Below, piece after piece: positions 8,475-18,193 of a DNA stretch of 64,000 nucleotides; positions within the stretch are counted from its first letter, which is position 1, and each line of letters opens with the position of its first letter. The notes under the pieces were generated by a model. The model searched no databases and was not told the origin of the DNA. It saw only the letters and a program-made list of their open reading frames with translations. The translations under genes and the position numbers were made by a program. Source of the stretch: Thermoplasmatota archaeon (GTDB taxonomy: Archaea > Thermoplasmatota > E2 > JACPAO01 > JAHFTW01); NCBI GenBank assembly GCA_038046725.1, contig JBBSVQ010000007.1:18409-82408 (forward strand), given 5' to 3'.

Positions 8475-8558
8475 CGCCGACGCCAGGATTTGAACCTGGA
8501 TGCGCTTGCGCGCGGCGGTTTTCAAGACCGCTACCATACCGGATTAGGTGACGTCGGC
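8475..8558 (-). tRNA. tRNA-Ser (anticodon UGA)
   Basis: Reverse strand reads GCCGACG...GCGGTCTTGAAAACCGC...long variable arm CGCGCGCAAGCGCATC...CCAGGTTCAAATCCTGG CGTCGGC G. Acceptor 7 bp, anticodon loop CU-UGA-AA, class II variable arm. Confidence 0.9.
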
Positions 8559-8670
8559 AGTTGAGGTGGCCGCTGCTCGCAGTGAGCGCGGCCTACGCTG
8601 ATGATTCGCGGGCGTTGTGGCCCAAGCCGTTCATCGCGTCATCCATGCCTGGCCGGGCACTTGAACCCGC

Positions 8671-9795
8671 CTACGATTCGGCCGTGACGGTGACGTGCAG
8701 GCGGTGCTGTCCCTGTGGTTCCGTGTGCTCCACGAAGTACCAGAGGTTCCACGTCCCGGGGGCGGGGTCGTTGACGACGAGGGTGAGTTCGTCGCCGGTG
8801 AAGGCGCCCTGGTCGAAGTAGTCGGCGGGGCCGCGGATGCGTCCGTTGGTGGCGAAGACCTCCAAGGGGGCTTGCAGGCGTTCGAAGTGCGCCGTCATCG
8901 TCAACATCCCGTTGGGGACCTCGAAGTCGGTGATCTTCACGTCGTTGCCAAACGGTCCGCTGGGCACGCCGTTCGTGTAGTTCCAGTCCATGTCGACGAG
9001 GACCTTCGTGCCGGTCGTGGCGACCTCGGTGGCGTCGGCTTCGAGGACCTCGCCGGTCTCGGCGTCGATGAGGACGGTGGCCCCCGTTGTGTCCTTGCCG
9101 TCGGCGGCGGCCTCGAGGTCGGCGTAGGTCACTTGCCAGAACCCGCGGGCCTCGCCGCCGCAGCCATCCAGGAAGCCCTCGTTCATCGTGAGCTCGTACA
9201 GGAACTGCCCGTCGGGCGTGGCTGCGATGGCTGTTTTCATGGCATCCTGGCGCCGCGCGATGTCCGCGGCCTCGGAACTCGTGACCTTCCAGTCGGCGAC
9301 GTCGGATTGCCGGCACACGTTCAGGCCGCCCGCCTTCGGTTCCTCCGTTGAGTCGGCGTCCTGCCCATCCTGGCCGTACACGCGCACGCTGCCGCCGGCC
9401 GTTCCCGTGGCTTCATGGATGGCGATGGCGGCGTTGCCGTCCTCGCCGAGCATGAGGAAGAGGACGACCCAGCCGCCGACGACGCCGTCGCCGAGCCTGC
9501 CGTCGCGTCCGTCCTCCAAGGCGAGGGCGGTGAACGCGTCCGCGAAGGCGTCCCGTTCTCCGATGACGGCCTGCGTGGCGCTGGCGTTGAGGTCGCCCTC
9601 GAACCCGACCAGGCCGACGAACACGCTTTCGGTGTAGCCGCCGGCCTCCATGTTGCGGTCCAGGCTGCTGCGGGCGCGGTCGTAGGCCTCGCGAGCCGTG
9701 ATTGGGTCGTAGCGCCCCGGCATCAGGCAGCCCGAAAGGACGCCTACGAGGAGCAGGCCAGCGGCAACGACAGCGAGACGCATCATGACGCGCAC
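8671..9795 (-). CDS. Secreted lipoprotein, function unknown
   Basis: Signal peptide with lipobox (LLLVGVLSGC). 374 aa, acidic Thr/Gly-rich mature part. Confidence 0.75.
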   Translation of the reverse strand: MRVMMRLAVVAAGLLLVGVLSGCLMPGRYDPITAREAYDRARSSLDRNMEAGGYTESVFVGLVGFEGDLNASATQAVIGERDAFADAFTALALEDGRDGRLGDGVVGGWVVLFLMLGEDGNAAIAIHEATGTAGGSVRVYGQDGQDADSTEEPKAGGLNVCRQSDVADWKVTSSEAADIARRQDAMKTAIAATPDGQFLYELTMNEGFLDGCGGEARGFWQVTYADLEAAADGKDTTGATVLIDAETGEVLEADATEVATTGTKVLVDMDWNYTNGVPSGPFGNDVKITDFEVPNGMLTMTAHFERLQAPLEVFATNGRIRGPADYFDQGAFTGDELTLVVNDPAPGTWNLWYFVEHTEPQGQHRLHVTVTAES

Positions 9796-9882
9796 CGGGG
9801 CTGAAGTAAAGCCTTCTCCGGTGCATCCCTCGGCCAGGGGAAGCGGGAATCCGGGAGCCGACCTTCATAACCGGGCGCCCTC

Positions 9883-11664
9883 GTGCTGGCCCCCGTGCAG
9901 AAGACGGCCCCCGCGACAGCCGAGCTGATGGCCAAGGCCCACCGCGTGGACCATCCCCACCTCGTCGGCGCCGTCCTGCCCAGCTTCGACCTCGGCGTCG
10001 ACGGCATCGGGGACCTGCTCGAGCGCCGCGCCCGCGAGGCCCCCGACAAGCCGTTCCTCGTCTTCTACGACGACGACGCCCGCACGCGGTCTGACTTCAC
10101 GCGCCAGGAATTCCTCGTCGAGGTGCGCAAGGCGTGCAAGGTGCTGGATGACTTGGGGTTGAAGGAAGGCGACGCCATCGCCACCGCGGACGAATTCAAC
10201 CACAGCGACACCCTCGTCGTCTTGTTCGCTGCCTGGGCCTCGGGGATCCTCGCGGTGCCCCTGAACCTGAAGGAGGACGAGGAGCGCCTGCACTACATCC
10301 AGCACCACGCCGGCGTGAAGGCCGTCTTCGTGCGCGACGCCTGCACCGCCCGCGTGGCGCCCATCGCGCGCAAGGCCGGCGCCGAGATCGTCGTGTCCTT
10401 TGGTGAAGAGTGCGTCCGCACCCTGTATGACGCCGAGTGGGGCGAGATGATGTACTCCGTGCAGGACGAGGCCGACCTGCCGCCGCGCCGCCTCGACGCC
10501 CCGGCACTCAACGTCTACACGTCGGGAACCACCGGGCACCCGAAGGGCGTCATCCTGACCCACGAGATGCTGTACGACGCGCACGGCATCGCCACGCACC
10601 ACGGCTTCGCGGAATCGGACGTCTTCATGACGGCCATGCCGCTGTTCCACGTCAACGCCGTCGTCACGACGTGCCTCACCGCCCTGTGGTGCGGCGCAAG
10701 CATCGTGATGAACCGCAAGTGGAAGCCGCAACTGTTCTGGGAGCGCGTGTACGCCGAGAACGTGTCCGCCACTTCCGTCGTGCCCGCGATGCTGAAGTCG
10801 CTGACGGACGTCGGCGACGACCTCGCCAAGTACTCCGGCATCCGCAACCGGTTCCGCACCGTCATTTGCGGCGCGGGCCAGCTCTACGTCGACGTCGCGG
10901 AGGCATTCACCAAGAAATTCGGCGTGCGCATCGCGCACGGCTGGGGCATGTCGGAGACGACGTGCTACTCGTGTTTCCTGCCCTCGGACTTGACGGACGA
11001 GCAATACCGGACTGCCATCACATTCCACGGGTTCCCCTCCATTGGCATCCCCATTGCGCACAACCAGATGGGCATCATCGACCCCGACACCGGCAAGCCG
11101 CGCCCCGCAGCCAAGTTCGGGTCCCCCGTCGGCCGCGAGCACTGGGGCGAAATCGTCGTCTCCGGCCGCAACGTCATGAAGGAGTATTTCCGCAACGAGG
11201 AAGCCAACCGCAAGACGTTCCAGCATGGCGTCCTGCAGACCGGCGACGAAGGCTTCTGCGCCCTCGACGCCAAGGGCCGGCCATTCTTCTTCATCGTCGG
11301 CCGCATCAAGGAACTCATCGAGCGCGGCGGCGAGAAGTACTCCACGTTCGAGATCGACCAACTGCTGCGCGCCATGCCCGGCGTCGAGAACGCCCTCGCG
11401 TACGGCTTCAAGTCGCAGAAGATGGGCCAGGAGATTGGCGCCGTCATCGAATTGCAAAAGGGCGCCAACTTGACCGAGGGCGCCGTGCAGGCGTGGTTCA
11501 AGCGCAAGGGCGTCCCGTGGGAGAAGTCCCCGAAGGTCGTCCAATTCGTCGAGGCCATCCCCAAGACGGCGACCGGCAAGGACCAGCGACTCAAGTTCGC
11601 GCCGCTGTTCGAGTCGCACTACGAAACCCAGTTCAGGCCCAGCGATGCCTGGAAGCAGGCCTAG
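9883..11664 (+). CDS. AMP-dependent acyl-CoA synthetase/ligase
   Basis: YTSGTTGHPKGV AMP-binding motif, TGDEG, GRIKELI, PKTATGK C-terminal lysine motif. 593 aa. Confidence 0.9.
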   Translation: MLAPVQKTAPATAELMAKAHRVDHPHLVGAVLPSFDLGVDGIGDLLERRAREAPDKPFLVFYDDDARTRSDFTRQEFLVEVRKACKVLDDLGLKEGDAIATADEFNHSDTLVVLFAAWASGILAVPLNLKEDEERLHYIQHHAGVKAVFVRDACTARVAPIARKAGAEIVVSFGEECVRTLYDAEWGEMMYSVQDEADLPPRRLDAPALNVYTSGTTGHPKGVILTHEMLYDAHGIATHHGFAESDVFMTAMPLFHVNAVVTTCLTALWCGASIVMNRKWKPQLFWERVYAENVSATSVVPAMLKSLTDVGDDLAKYSGIRNRFRTVICGAGQLYVDVAEAFTKKFGVRIAHGWGMSETTCYSCFLPSDLTDEQYRTAITFHGFPSIGIPIAHNQMGIIDPDTGKPRPAAKFGSPVGREHWGEIVVSGRNVMKEYFRNEEANRKTFQHGVLQTGDEGFCALDAKGRPFFFIVGRIKELIERGGEKYSTFEIDQLLRAMPGVENALAYGFKSQKMGQEIGAVIELQKGANLTEGAVQAWFKRKGVPWEKSPKVVQFVEAIPKTATGKDQRLKFAPLFESHYETQFRPSDAWKQA

Positions 11665-11786
11665 CCGCCCGCCCAATCCGCCGATGACGCCGAGCTCGCC
11701 GATGCGGTGGTCGGCAATCGGCGCCGTCGGCACGATCGGCGGATTGGTTCGCTAGCCTCAAGAGCCAAAGGGAGCGTGGCAAACGC

Positions 11787-12326
11787 GTGGCCAGTCCCCC
11801 GCCTCCCAAGATGCCCGGCAAGCCCAAGGAGCCCACCGCGGCGTGGCGCCTGAAGGTCGGCATGGTCACGCCTTGGCTGTTCGCCGCCTTCGTCATCGGC
11901 GGCCTCATCCAGGTCTTCCTCGCCGGCTACGGCATCGAGAACCTCGGCGCGCAAGGCATGGAGTACCACGGCTTCTTCGGAGGCGCGGTCCTGCACCTCC
12001 TTCCCCTCATCATCGCCCTCGTTGGCTTCCTTGGGGCCGACTGGCGTGCCGGCGTGGGCGGCGTCGTCCTGATGGTGCAGTTCGAGCTTCAATTCGCCTT
12101 GCTCGGCGGCACCTACGCTCCCGTCCTGGCCTTGCACGCCCTCAACGGTGTGCTGATGGTCGTCTTGGCGACCGCGTTCTTCTTCCGCCGCCTGCCCTGG
12201 GCCAAGAAATCCGTCGCGGCCCCGGCATCGGTGGCTGCCCCCAGGCCCATGGTGAGCCTCCGGCCCGCCGCCCCGCCGCTGCACACGCCCAACACCCCGC
12301 GTCCACCCACCCCCCCGCAACGGTGA
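11787..12326 (+). CDS. Hypothetical membrane protein (4 predicted TM helices, Pro-rich tail)
   Basis: 179-aa ORF with four hydrophobic helices and high GC3 in frame. Confidence 0.5.
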   Translation: MASPPPPKMPGKPKEPTAAWRLKVGMVTPWLFAAFVIGGLIQVFLAGYGIENLGAQGMEYHGFFGGAVLHLLPLIIALVGFLGADWRAGVGGVVLMVQFELQFALLGGTYAPVLALHALNGVLMVVLATAFFFRRLPWAKKSVAAPASVAAPRPMVSLRPAAPPLHTPNTPRPPTPPQR

Positions 12327-12351
12327 ATGCCTCCGGGCACCATGGGCGGGC

Positions 12352-12744
12352 ATGCAGTATGCCCTTCGCAAGACCACGAGCAAACCCTTCGCGCAGGCGG
12401 TCGCGCGAGCCCGCGAACTCATCGCAAAGGAGGGCTTCGGGATCCTGTGCGAAATTGACATCCAAGCGAAGATGAAGGAGAAACTCGGGCGGGACATGCC
12501 GCCCTACCTCATCCTCGGGGCCTGCGCTCCCCCCTTGGCATGGAAGGTCCTTGGCGTGGCCCCCGACGTCGGAGTGTTCCTGCCCTGCAACGTCTGCGTC
12601 TACGTTGACGCCACCGGCAAGACCGTCGTCAGCGCAATCGACCCCGACACCATGGAGGCCATCATCCACAACCCAACCGTGGCCGAGGTCGCCAAGGAAG
12701 TCAAGGGGCGCCTCCAGCGCGTCGTGGACGGCACCGCGGCATGA
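12352..12744 (+). CDS. DUF302 domain protein
   Basis: FGILCEIDIQAKMKEKLG...YLILGACAP...LPCNVCVY is the DUF302 pattern. 130 aa. Confidence 0.8.
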   Translation: MQYALRKTTSKPFAQAVARARELIAKEGFGILCEIDIQAKMKEKLGRDMPPYLILGACAPPLAWKVLGVAPDVGVFLPCNVCVYVDATGKTVVSAIDPDTMEAIIHNPTVAEVAKEVKGRLQRVVDGTAA

Positions 12745-13364
12745 GCCTGCACGAGTTGCAACCCGCCGCCGAGGCGCGCTGGTCCACGACCGACAAGGTC
12801 CTGCACAAGGTCTCGAAGAAGACGCCGCTCGACCCCGACCCGCAGATTGCCGAGGCCGACGGCTTCGCCACCCTCGTGACCTCCATCGTGCACCAACAGG
12901 TCTCCATGGCCGCCGCCCGCACCATCCATGGGCGCCTCGTTCAGGCCTTGGGTGGCAAGGTGACCCCGCGCCGCGTCCTCAACCGCACGCCCGACCAGTT
13001 GCGCGCGGCCGGGCTGAGCCGAATGAAGGCCGCCTTCATTCTCGACCTCGCCGACAAGACGTTGCGCAAGGAGGTTGAGTTCGCGCGCTTTCCGGCCATG
13101 ACGGACGACGAAATCCTTGCGGAACTCACGGAAGTCAAGGGAATCGGGACCTGGACGGCGAAGATGTTCCTCATGTTCCACCTCCACCGCCCCGACGTCC
13201 TGCCGTTCGAGGACCTGGGCTTGCGCCTCGCCGTGTCCGAGGTGTACGGGGTGCCGCCCGAAATGGCTCCCCAAGTCATGGCGGAGCACCGCGAGGCGTG
13301 GTCGCCCTATTGTTCAGTGGCCAGCCGCATCCTTTGGCAGTCCCGGCGCACGCCCGCCAAGTAG
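12741..13364 (+). CDS. DNA-3-methyladenine glycosylase II (AlkA-like, HhH-GPD)
   Basis: HhH-GPD signature LTEVKGIGTWTAKMFLMF...PFEDLGL with catalytic Asp. ATGA overlap with the DUF302 gene. Confidence 0.85.
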   Translation: MSLHELQPAAEARWSTTDKVLHKVSKKTPLDPDPQIAEADGFATLVTSIVHQQVSMAAARTIHGRLVQALGGKVTPRRVLNRTPDQLRAAGLSRMKAAFILDLADKTLRKEVEFARFPAMTDDEILAELTEVKGIGTWTAKMFLMFHLHRPDVLPFEDLGLRLAVSEVYGVPPEMAPQVMAEHREAWSPYCSVASRILWQSRRTPAK

Positions 13365-13490
13365 GCCGCGCCCCGCCTCTTCTGGCCGCTTTTCCTCTGT
13401 ATGCAGCAACTCCCGGCAACGGGGTCCATTTCCGGGGAATGGGCGGAACCGAATCGGCGAGGCTAAAGGTCTGTTTCCGGTGGAAGTGGC

Positions 13491-13694
13491 ATGGATGGGG
13501 ACATGTTCACTCGAAACACGCAGCGCACCGGCTTCGACTGGTCCAGCTTCAACTGGTGGGGCCTGTTCATCCTCATCATCGGCGTGCTCTGGCTCGGCGA
13601 CGAACTGGAGTGGTTCAACTTCGATTGGTCCATGATGGCCCCCATCGCCCTCGTCTTCGCCGGCATCATGGCCTTCCTGCCGAAGCGCCGCTAA
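13491..13694 (+). CDS. Small membrane protein (LiaF-N/DUF5668-like)
   Basis: 67 aa, two hydrophobic helices, Trp-rich (FNWWGLFILIIGVLWLGDELEWF). Confidence 0.45.
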   Translation: MDGDMFTRNTQRTGFDWSSFNWWGLFILIIGVLWLGDELEWFNFDWSMMAPIALVFAGIMAFLPKRR

Positions 13695-13795
13695 GGTCAC
13701 CTGGCCAGACGTTCCCCGGCTTCTGTGAGTTCCCCGGAAGCCCGACTAGGGCGCCCACGGCAACCTTGAAGCGCCCTGCCCTAGCTCGGCCGCGC

Positions 13796-15502
13796 ATGCG
13801 CCTGACCCCCATCGTCCTCGTCGCCCTGTCCCTGCTGGCGGGCTGTTTCGGAGGCGAGGATGGCACGTCCGACCCAGTTCAGGACGAGCCGGTGTCCGGC
13901 CTGTCCGCCGACGCGGACCTGACCACATACGCTCCGTTTTCGCTGCAGCTCTGTGATCAAGGATACCGCCTCGTGCAAGTCGCGATGCAAGCTACCGCCG
14001 CTTCCGCAGACCGGTCGTGCGATTTCCGCGTCACGAAGCCCCTCGAGGACCCCACGCGCTTCGATTGGCAGGGCCAACACGGCCCCGGCAACGAAGTCAG
14101 CATGGCCGTCGACCCCAATTCGCCCCTCACGCTGGCCGGCGGCGCCAAGGACTACACAGTCTCCTACATTTCGGACACGGCGGACTGCGGCGAGTACACG
14201 GTGTGGAACGGCCACTTCTGGAGCCACGACGGCGGCCGCACCTGGGCCAACGACCTCGTCCCCGGCTTCGTCGGCGACCCGCGCCCCAGCCCGCTGAAGG
14301 GGAACCTGTGCAACACCGACCCCGTGTCCGTGTTCGACTCCGACGGCACGTACTGGCACAACGGCCTGAACTATCGCGGTGCCCGCGAGGACGTCGGCGA
14401 CCCCATCACGCCCACCGGCGACGGCGGCGTGCTGACCGGGAGCCAGATCTTCTTCGCGCGCAGCACCGACGGGGCGCAGACCTTCGACCGCATCACGTTC
14501 GCCAGCTATGGCCAGAACGACCCGGGCATCTTCAACGACAAGAACTGGGTCGCCGTCGATCCCGACTCGGACCACATGATCCACACCTGGACCAACTTCT
14601 ACGCGGCCGCCCCCCTCATCATGTACGTCGAATCCTTCGACGCGGGCGCGACGTGGTCGCAGCCCGTGCCGCTCACGCCCGGCCCCAGCATCCCGGGCAT
14701 CACGGGGGGCCAGGCCGGCCTCGCCGCACCCACGGGCCAGTTCTCCATGCCGCAGTACGACGCCGACGGCGACGTCTGGGTCATCTGGAGCGCAGCGGGA
14801 GGCGTGGCCATCACACGCGGCGACAGGCACCGCGACCTCATCGAGCAGGACGAACGCGTCGCGACTGTCTTCGAGCCGGCGCGCATCGCCGTCACGCCGG
14901 GCGGCATGGGCGGCACGGGCTGCCTGACGAAAGCCGACTTCCGGACGTCCGTGTACCCGGTCTTCGCGGTGGACACCTATGGAGCCGATCACCGCAACCG
15001 CAAGTACCTCGCCTGGCCCGCCGCCGGGGTAACTGGGACGGGCATCTGGGTGTCCCACTCCGACGACGCCCTCACGTGGACGGCGCCCGTCGAGGTCACC
15101 AAGGACCTGCCCGAGGACCAGTTCATGTCGTGGATTGACGTCGACCCCTTCGGAACCGTGCATGTTGCTTACTACGACTGCTCCGTGGACGTCGGCGGCA
15201 CGAACATGACGATGGGGTACACCTACTCCCTCGACGGCGGCGACACCTGGGCGCCCAACGTCTGGGTCGGCCAAATCCCCTTCGACGGCGACCTCGGCCA
15301 CCACCAGTCCGGTGTGCCCTTCATCGGCGACTACATCGCCGTCGACGCCTCCTGCCAGGCCGTCCACTTCTTCTGGGCCGACACCCGCCACGGCCGCAGC
15401 GACGTCTACGCGGCGACCCTGTTGCGCGACCCGCTGGCGATGAATGCCTACGCCCCCGAACTGGGCTCGGGCGGCGTCAGTTGCGACTACGACGGCCCGT
15501 AG
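13796..15502 (+). CDS. BNR/Asp-box repeat (sialidase-like beta-propeller) lipoprotein
   Basis: Internal ATG gives MRLTPIVLVALSLLAGC lipobox. Repeated SxDxGxTW boxes: SHDGGRTW, STDGAQTF, SFDAGATW, SDDALTWT, SLDGGDTW. Confidence 0.8.
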   Translation: MRLTPIVLVALSLLAGCFGGEDGTSDPVQDEPVSGLSADADLTTYAPFSLQLCDQGYRLVQVAMQATAASADRSCDFRVTKPLEDPTRFDWQGQHGPGNEVSMAVDPNSPLTLAGGAKDYTVSYISDTADCGEYTVWNGHFWSHDGGRTWANDLVPGFVGDPRPSPLKGNLCNTDPVSVFDSDGTYWHNGLNYRGAREDVGDPITPTGDGGVLTGSQIFFARSTDGAQTFDRITFASYGQNDPGIFNDKNWVAVDPDSDHMIHTWTNFYAAAPLIMYVESFDAGATWSQPVPLTPGPSIPGITGGQAGLAAPTGQFSMPQYDADGDVWVIWSAAGGVAITRGDRHRDLIEQDERVATVFEPARIAVTPGGMGGTGCLTKADFRTSVYPVFAVDTYGADHRNRKYLAWPAAGVTGTGIWVSHSDDALTWTAPVEVTKDLPEDQFMSWIDVDPFGTVHVAYYDCSVDVGGTNMTMGYTYSLDGGDTWAPNVWVGQIPFDGDLGHHQSGVPFIGDYIAVDASCQAVHFFWADTRHGRSDVYAATLLRDPLAMNAYAPELGSGGVSCDYDGP

Positions 15503-15554
15503 CGGACCCCACCTCCCGGCCTACCCTTAATATCGCCTGGCATTTGCCACCCTC

Positions 15555-16112
15555 GTGGCATACATCCGGGTCGTCGGGGAGGACGAGGCCGACGGCAAGC
15601 TCTTCGACATCTACGACGAGATTCAACGCAACCGTGGCCGCGTCAGCAACATCCTGCGCGCCTCGAGCCTGGACCCCAAGGCCCTGCGTGCCCACCTCGA
15701 CCTCTACATGGCCACCGTGTTCGGCAAGGGCGGACTGAGCCGCCGCGAGGCCGAGCTTCTCGCCGTCGTCGTGTCGGCCGCCAACGGCGACGACTACTGC
15801 GCCCAGCATCACAGCGAGGCCCTCGACCGCTACGCCAAGGACCCCGCCTGGGTCAAGACCCTGGCCGCCGACCCCGGCAAGGCCAAGCTCAACGAACGCG
15901 AGGCCGCCCTCGCGCACTTCGCCCTCGGCCTGACCAAGCACCCGGCCAAGGGCCAAAAAGAGGCCGTCGCCGCCCTGCGCAGCCGCGGCTTCACGGACGA
16001 GCAGATCCTGCAGGCCGCCCAGGTCGTGGCGTACTTCAACTTCGCAAACCGCATCAGCCTTGGCTTGGGCGTCGAACTCGAGCAAGACGGCGAACGCGAC
16101 TACCACTACTGA
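15555..16112 (+). CDS. Carboxymuconolactone decarboxylase/AhpD-like peroxidase-related protein
   Basis: CMD-domain pattern with the CxxH motif (DYCAQHH). GTG start. Confidence 0.8.
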   Translation: MAYIRVVGEDEADGKLFDIYDEIQRNRGRVSNILRASSLDPKALRAHLDLYMATVFGKGGLSRREAELLAVVVSAANGDDYCAQHHSEALDRYAKDPAWVKTLAADPGKAKLNEREAALAHFALGLTKHPAKGQKEAVAALRSRGFTDEQILQAAQVVAYFNFANRISLGLGVELEQDGERDYHY

Positions 16113-16222
16113 GGTCGCGCCACAGGACAGCATCCGTGATATCGGTGTCATCGGTGGATTGTCGGGCGGCAAGGCACGCCCATCCACCGATGTCACCGAT
16201 GACACCGATGCGGTGACCTGGC

Positions 16223-16804
16223 ATGACTGAACCAATCGTCGCAATGGCCCTCGGCCTCGGCCTTGGGCTTTCCTTGGCCGCCCCGCCGGGGCCAGTCAAT
16301 GCCCTCATCGCCCGCGAGGCCACCGTGGGCGGTGTTCGTGCCGGTGTTCGCGCCGGGCTGCCCGCGCCCATCGTCGATACGGCGTACATGCTGCTCGTCC
16401 TCTTCGGCGTCGCCCGCCTGGTGGACCTCGAGTCCATGACTCCATGGCTGGCCACCATCGGCGCCGCCTTGATGGCCTGGCTTGCCGTGCAGGTCGCCCG
16501 CGTCCGCGACGGGGCCGGCAAGTCCCTGACGGGGCCGGCCGCGGTGTGGATGGTCACCCTGACCAACCCCTTCCAGTACGCCTGGTGGCTGTCGGCCGGC
16601 GCCGGCGACCTCGTCCAACTCGGCGCCTTCGGCATCGCCGGCTTCCTCCTGGCCATCTTCGGTTGGGTGTTCGCCTTCAGCGGCCTCGTGTCGCTCGGCG
16701 CCCTGCGCTGGGCATGGTTCCCGTCCGCCATCACGGTGCTGTCCGCGGACCTGTTGCTGCTCTACGCCATCCGCTTGCTTTGGCGCGGCGGCCTACTCGG
16801 TTAA
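16223..16804 (+). CDS. LysE/RhtB-family amino-acid exporter
   Basis: N-terminal PPGPVNAL motif, about six TM helices, 193 aa. Confidence 0.8.
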   Translation: MTEPIVAMALGLGLGLSLAAPPGPVNALIAREATVGGVRAGVRAGLPAPIVDTAYMLLVLFGVARLVDLESMTPWLATIGAALMAWLAVQVARVRDGAGKSLTGPAAVWMVTLTNPFQYAWWLSAGAGDLVQLGAFGIAGFLLAIFGWVFAFSGLVSLGALRWAWFPSAITVLSADLLLLYAIRLLWRGGLLG

Positions 16805-16858
16805 GCCTTCACAAGGGGCACGGACAACGCGCGGGGTGATGTTTTCAACCGGCCCCCG

Positions 16859-17380
16859 GTGGCCGCGTCCGTGAGCCTGGCCGACGCCGCACGCGACTTC
16901 CTGGAGGGCGCCGGCATCCCGCCTTGGCTCGTCGTGGTCGCGCTCACCCTTGCACCCATCCTTGAGGTGCGCGCCAGCATCCCCGTTGCGATGCTGTTCT
17001 ACGATTGGGGCTGGGCCGTCACGTTCGCAACCACGTTCCTGGCAAGCCTCCTCATCATCCCTCTCGCGTACGGCATCCTGATCCTGTTCGAACGTCTCGC
17101 CCGTTATTCCCGCCGCCTGGCCGCCATCCTCGACTGGCTGTGGCTGCGCACGCGGCGCAAGTCCCTCAAGGCGCAGCGCGCAGGTCACGCCGGGCTGTTC
17201 GCCATCGTGGCCCTGCCCCTGCCGGGCGCTGGAACGTGGACGGCCTGCCTGACCGCGTACGTGCTCGGCATGCCGGCAAAGAAGGCGCTCCCCACCATCG
17301 TGCTCGGTGCCATCGTGGAATGCGCAATCCTCGTCATCGTCGTGCTGTTCTTCCGCGGCGCGCTGCACTACTTGGCCTAG
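16859..17380 (+). CDS. Small multidrug-export-related membrane protein (COG2426-like)
   Basis: PILEVRASIPVAM motif and LPLPGAGTWTA motif typical of the family. 173 aa. Confidence 0.65.
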   Translation: MAASVSLADAARDFLEGAGIPPWLVVVALTLAPILEVRASIPVAMLFYDWGWAVTFATTFLASLLIIPLAYGILILFERLARYSRRLAAILDWLWLRTRRKSLKAQRAGHAGLFAIVALPLPGAGTWTACLTAYVLGMPAKKALPTIVLGAIVECAILVIVVLFFRGALHYLA

Positions 17381-17463
17381 TGGATTTCGGAGGCCCTTGC
17401 GTAGGACGCAACGACGTGGTACGCCTCGCACAGCCGTTGGCCTTCGATGGGTTGGGCCCCGGT

Positions 17464-18117
17464 TCAGCGGCCCGGAACGTCGCCCCAGAGCAATTTGTGC
17501 ATCTGCACGCCTGCATGGACGGCAAGGGGCTGCTTTTCCGCCAGAAGCCATTCCGTGATCGCCTTCGCGTCGGTGCCGCCGACGGGATTGAAGTAAACCG
17601 GGCACGGGAACGGCCCATGCTCGCGCACGACCTTGGCGGCGAAGTCGAAGTCAGCGCGGTCGGCGACGACGAACTTGAGCTGGTCGGGGGCGCGCAGGTC
17701 CGCAAGCAACGAGAGGTCGTTCTTGTCCGCCATGCCCGAGCCGGGGCACTTGACGTCCATGCTGATGCAGAGCCTGTCCCGCACGGCCGGCTCATATTGG
17801 TTCGCGCGGGCGAAGGAAAGGTTGCCTGACGTCTCGATGAGCACCGAATAGCCGTCATCGAGCAGGCGCGTGACGAACTCCCACGCGTCCTTCTGCAGCA
17901 GCGGCTCGCCGCCCGTGAAGCAGACTTCCCTGCTCGGGTTGGCGGCCACCTGGACCATGAGGTCGTCGAGGCTGCGCTTCTCGCCGCCGTAGAAGGCGTA
18001 GGCGGCGTCGCACCAAGTGCAGCGCAGGTGGCAGCCGGTCGAGCGCACGAAGGTGGTGGGCACCCCCATGCGGCGGCCCTCGCCCTGGATGGAGTAGAAC
18101 ACCTCCGTGACCTGCAC
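17464..18117 (-). CDS. queE: 7-carboxy-7-deazaguanine synthase QueE (radical SAM)
   Basis: EVFYSIQGEG...GCHLRCTWCD radical-SAM cluster motif. GTG at 18117 chosen because the upstream part of ORF 17464-18258 overlaps the TerC gene. Confidence 0.85.
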   Translation of the reverse strand: MQVTEVFYSIQGEGRRMGVPTTFVRSTGCHLRCTWCDAAYAFYGGEKRSLDDLMVQVAANPSREVCFTGGEPLLQKDAWEFVTRLLDDGYSVLIETSGNLSFARANQYEPAVRDRLCISMDVKCPGSGMADKNDLSLLADLRAPDQLKFVVADRADFDFAAKVVREHGPFPCPVYFNPVGGTDAKAITEWLLAEKQPLAVHAGVQMHKLLWGDVPGR

Positions 18118-18193
18118 GGGGCCGCCGAGGCCGTCCCCGCTTAAGGCCGATGGCTGCGGGCCGTCTCGCAGGGGGTCGCACCGGGTTGGGCGC

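Noticed and set aside
8322-8537. 71-aa ORF on the minus strand next to the islet
   Set aside because: It overlaps most of the tRNA-Ser gene and has a low-complexity Ala/Arg/Gly-rich product, so it is an artefact.
9865-11733. Very long antisense or alternative-frame ORFs (for example 9865-11733 minus, 13781-15391 minus, 22128-23402 minus, 27939-29792 minus, 46860-49169 minus, 60241-61866 minus)
   Set aside because: They mirror genes with clear family signatures on the other strand. Their products are Arg/Gly/Ala/Pro-rich low-complexity strings typical of stop-codon-poor GC-rich DNA, and none shows a recognisable motif.
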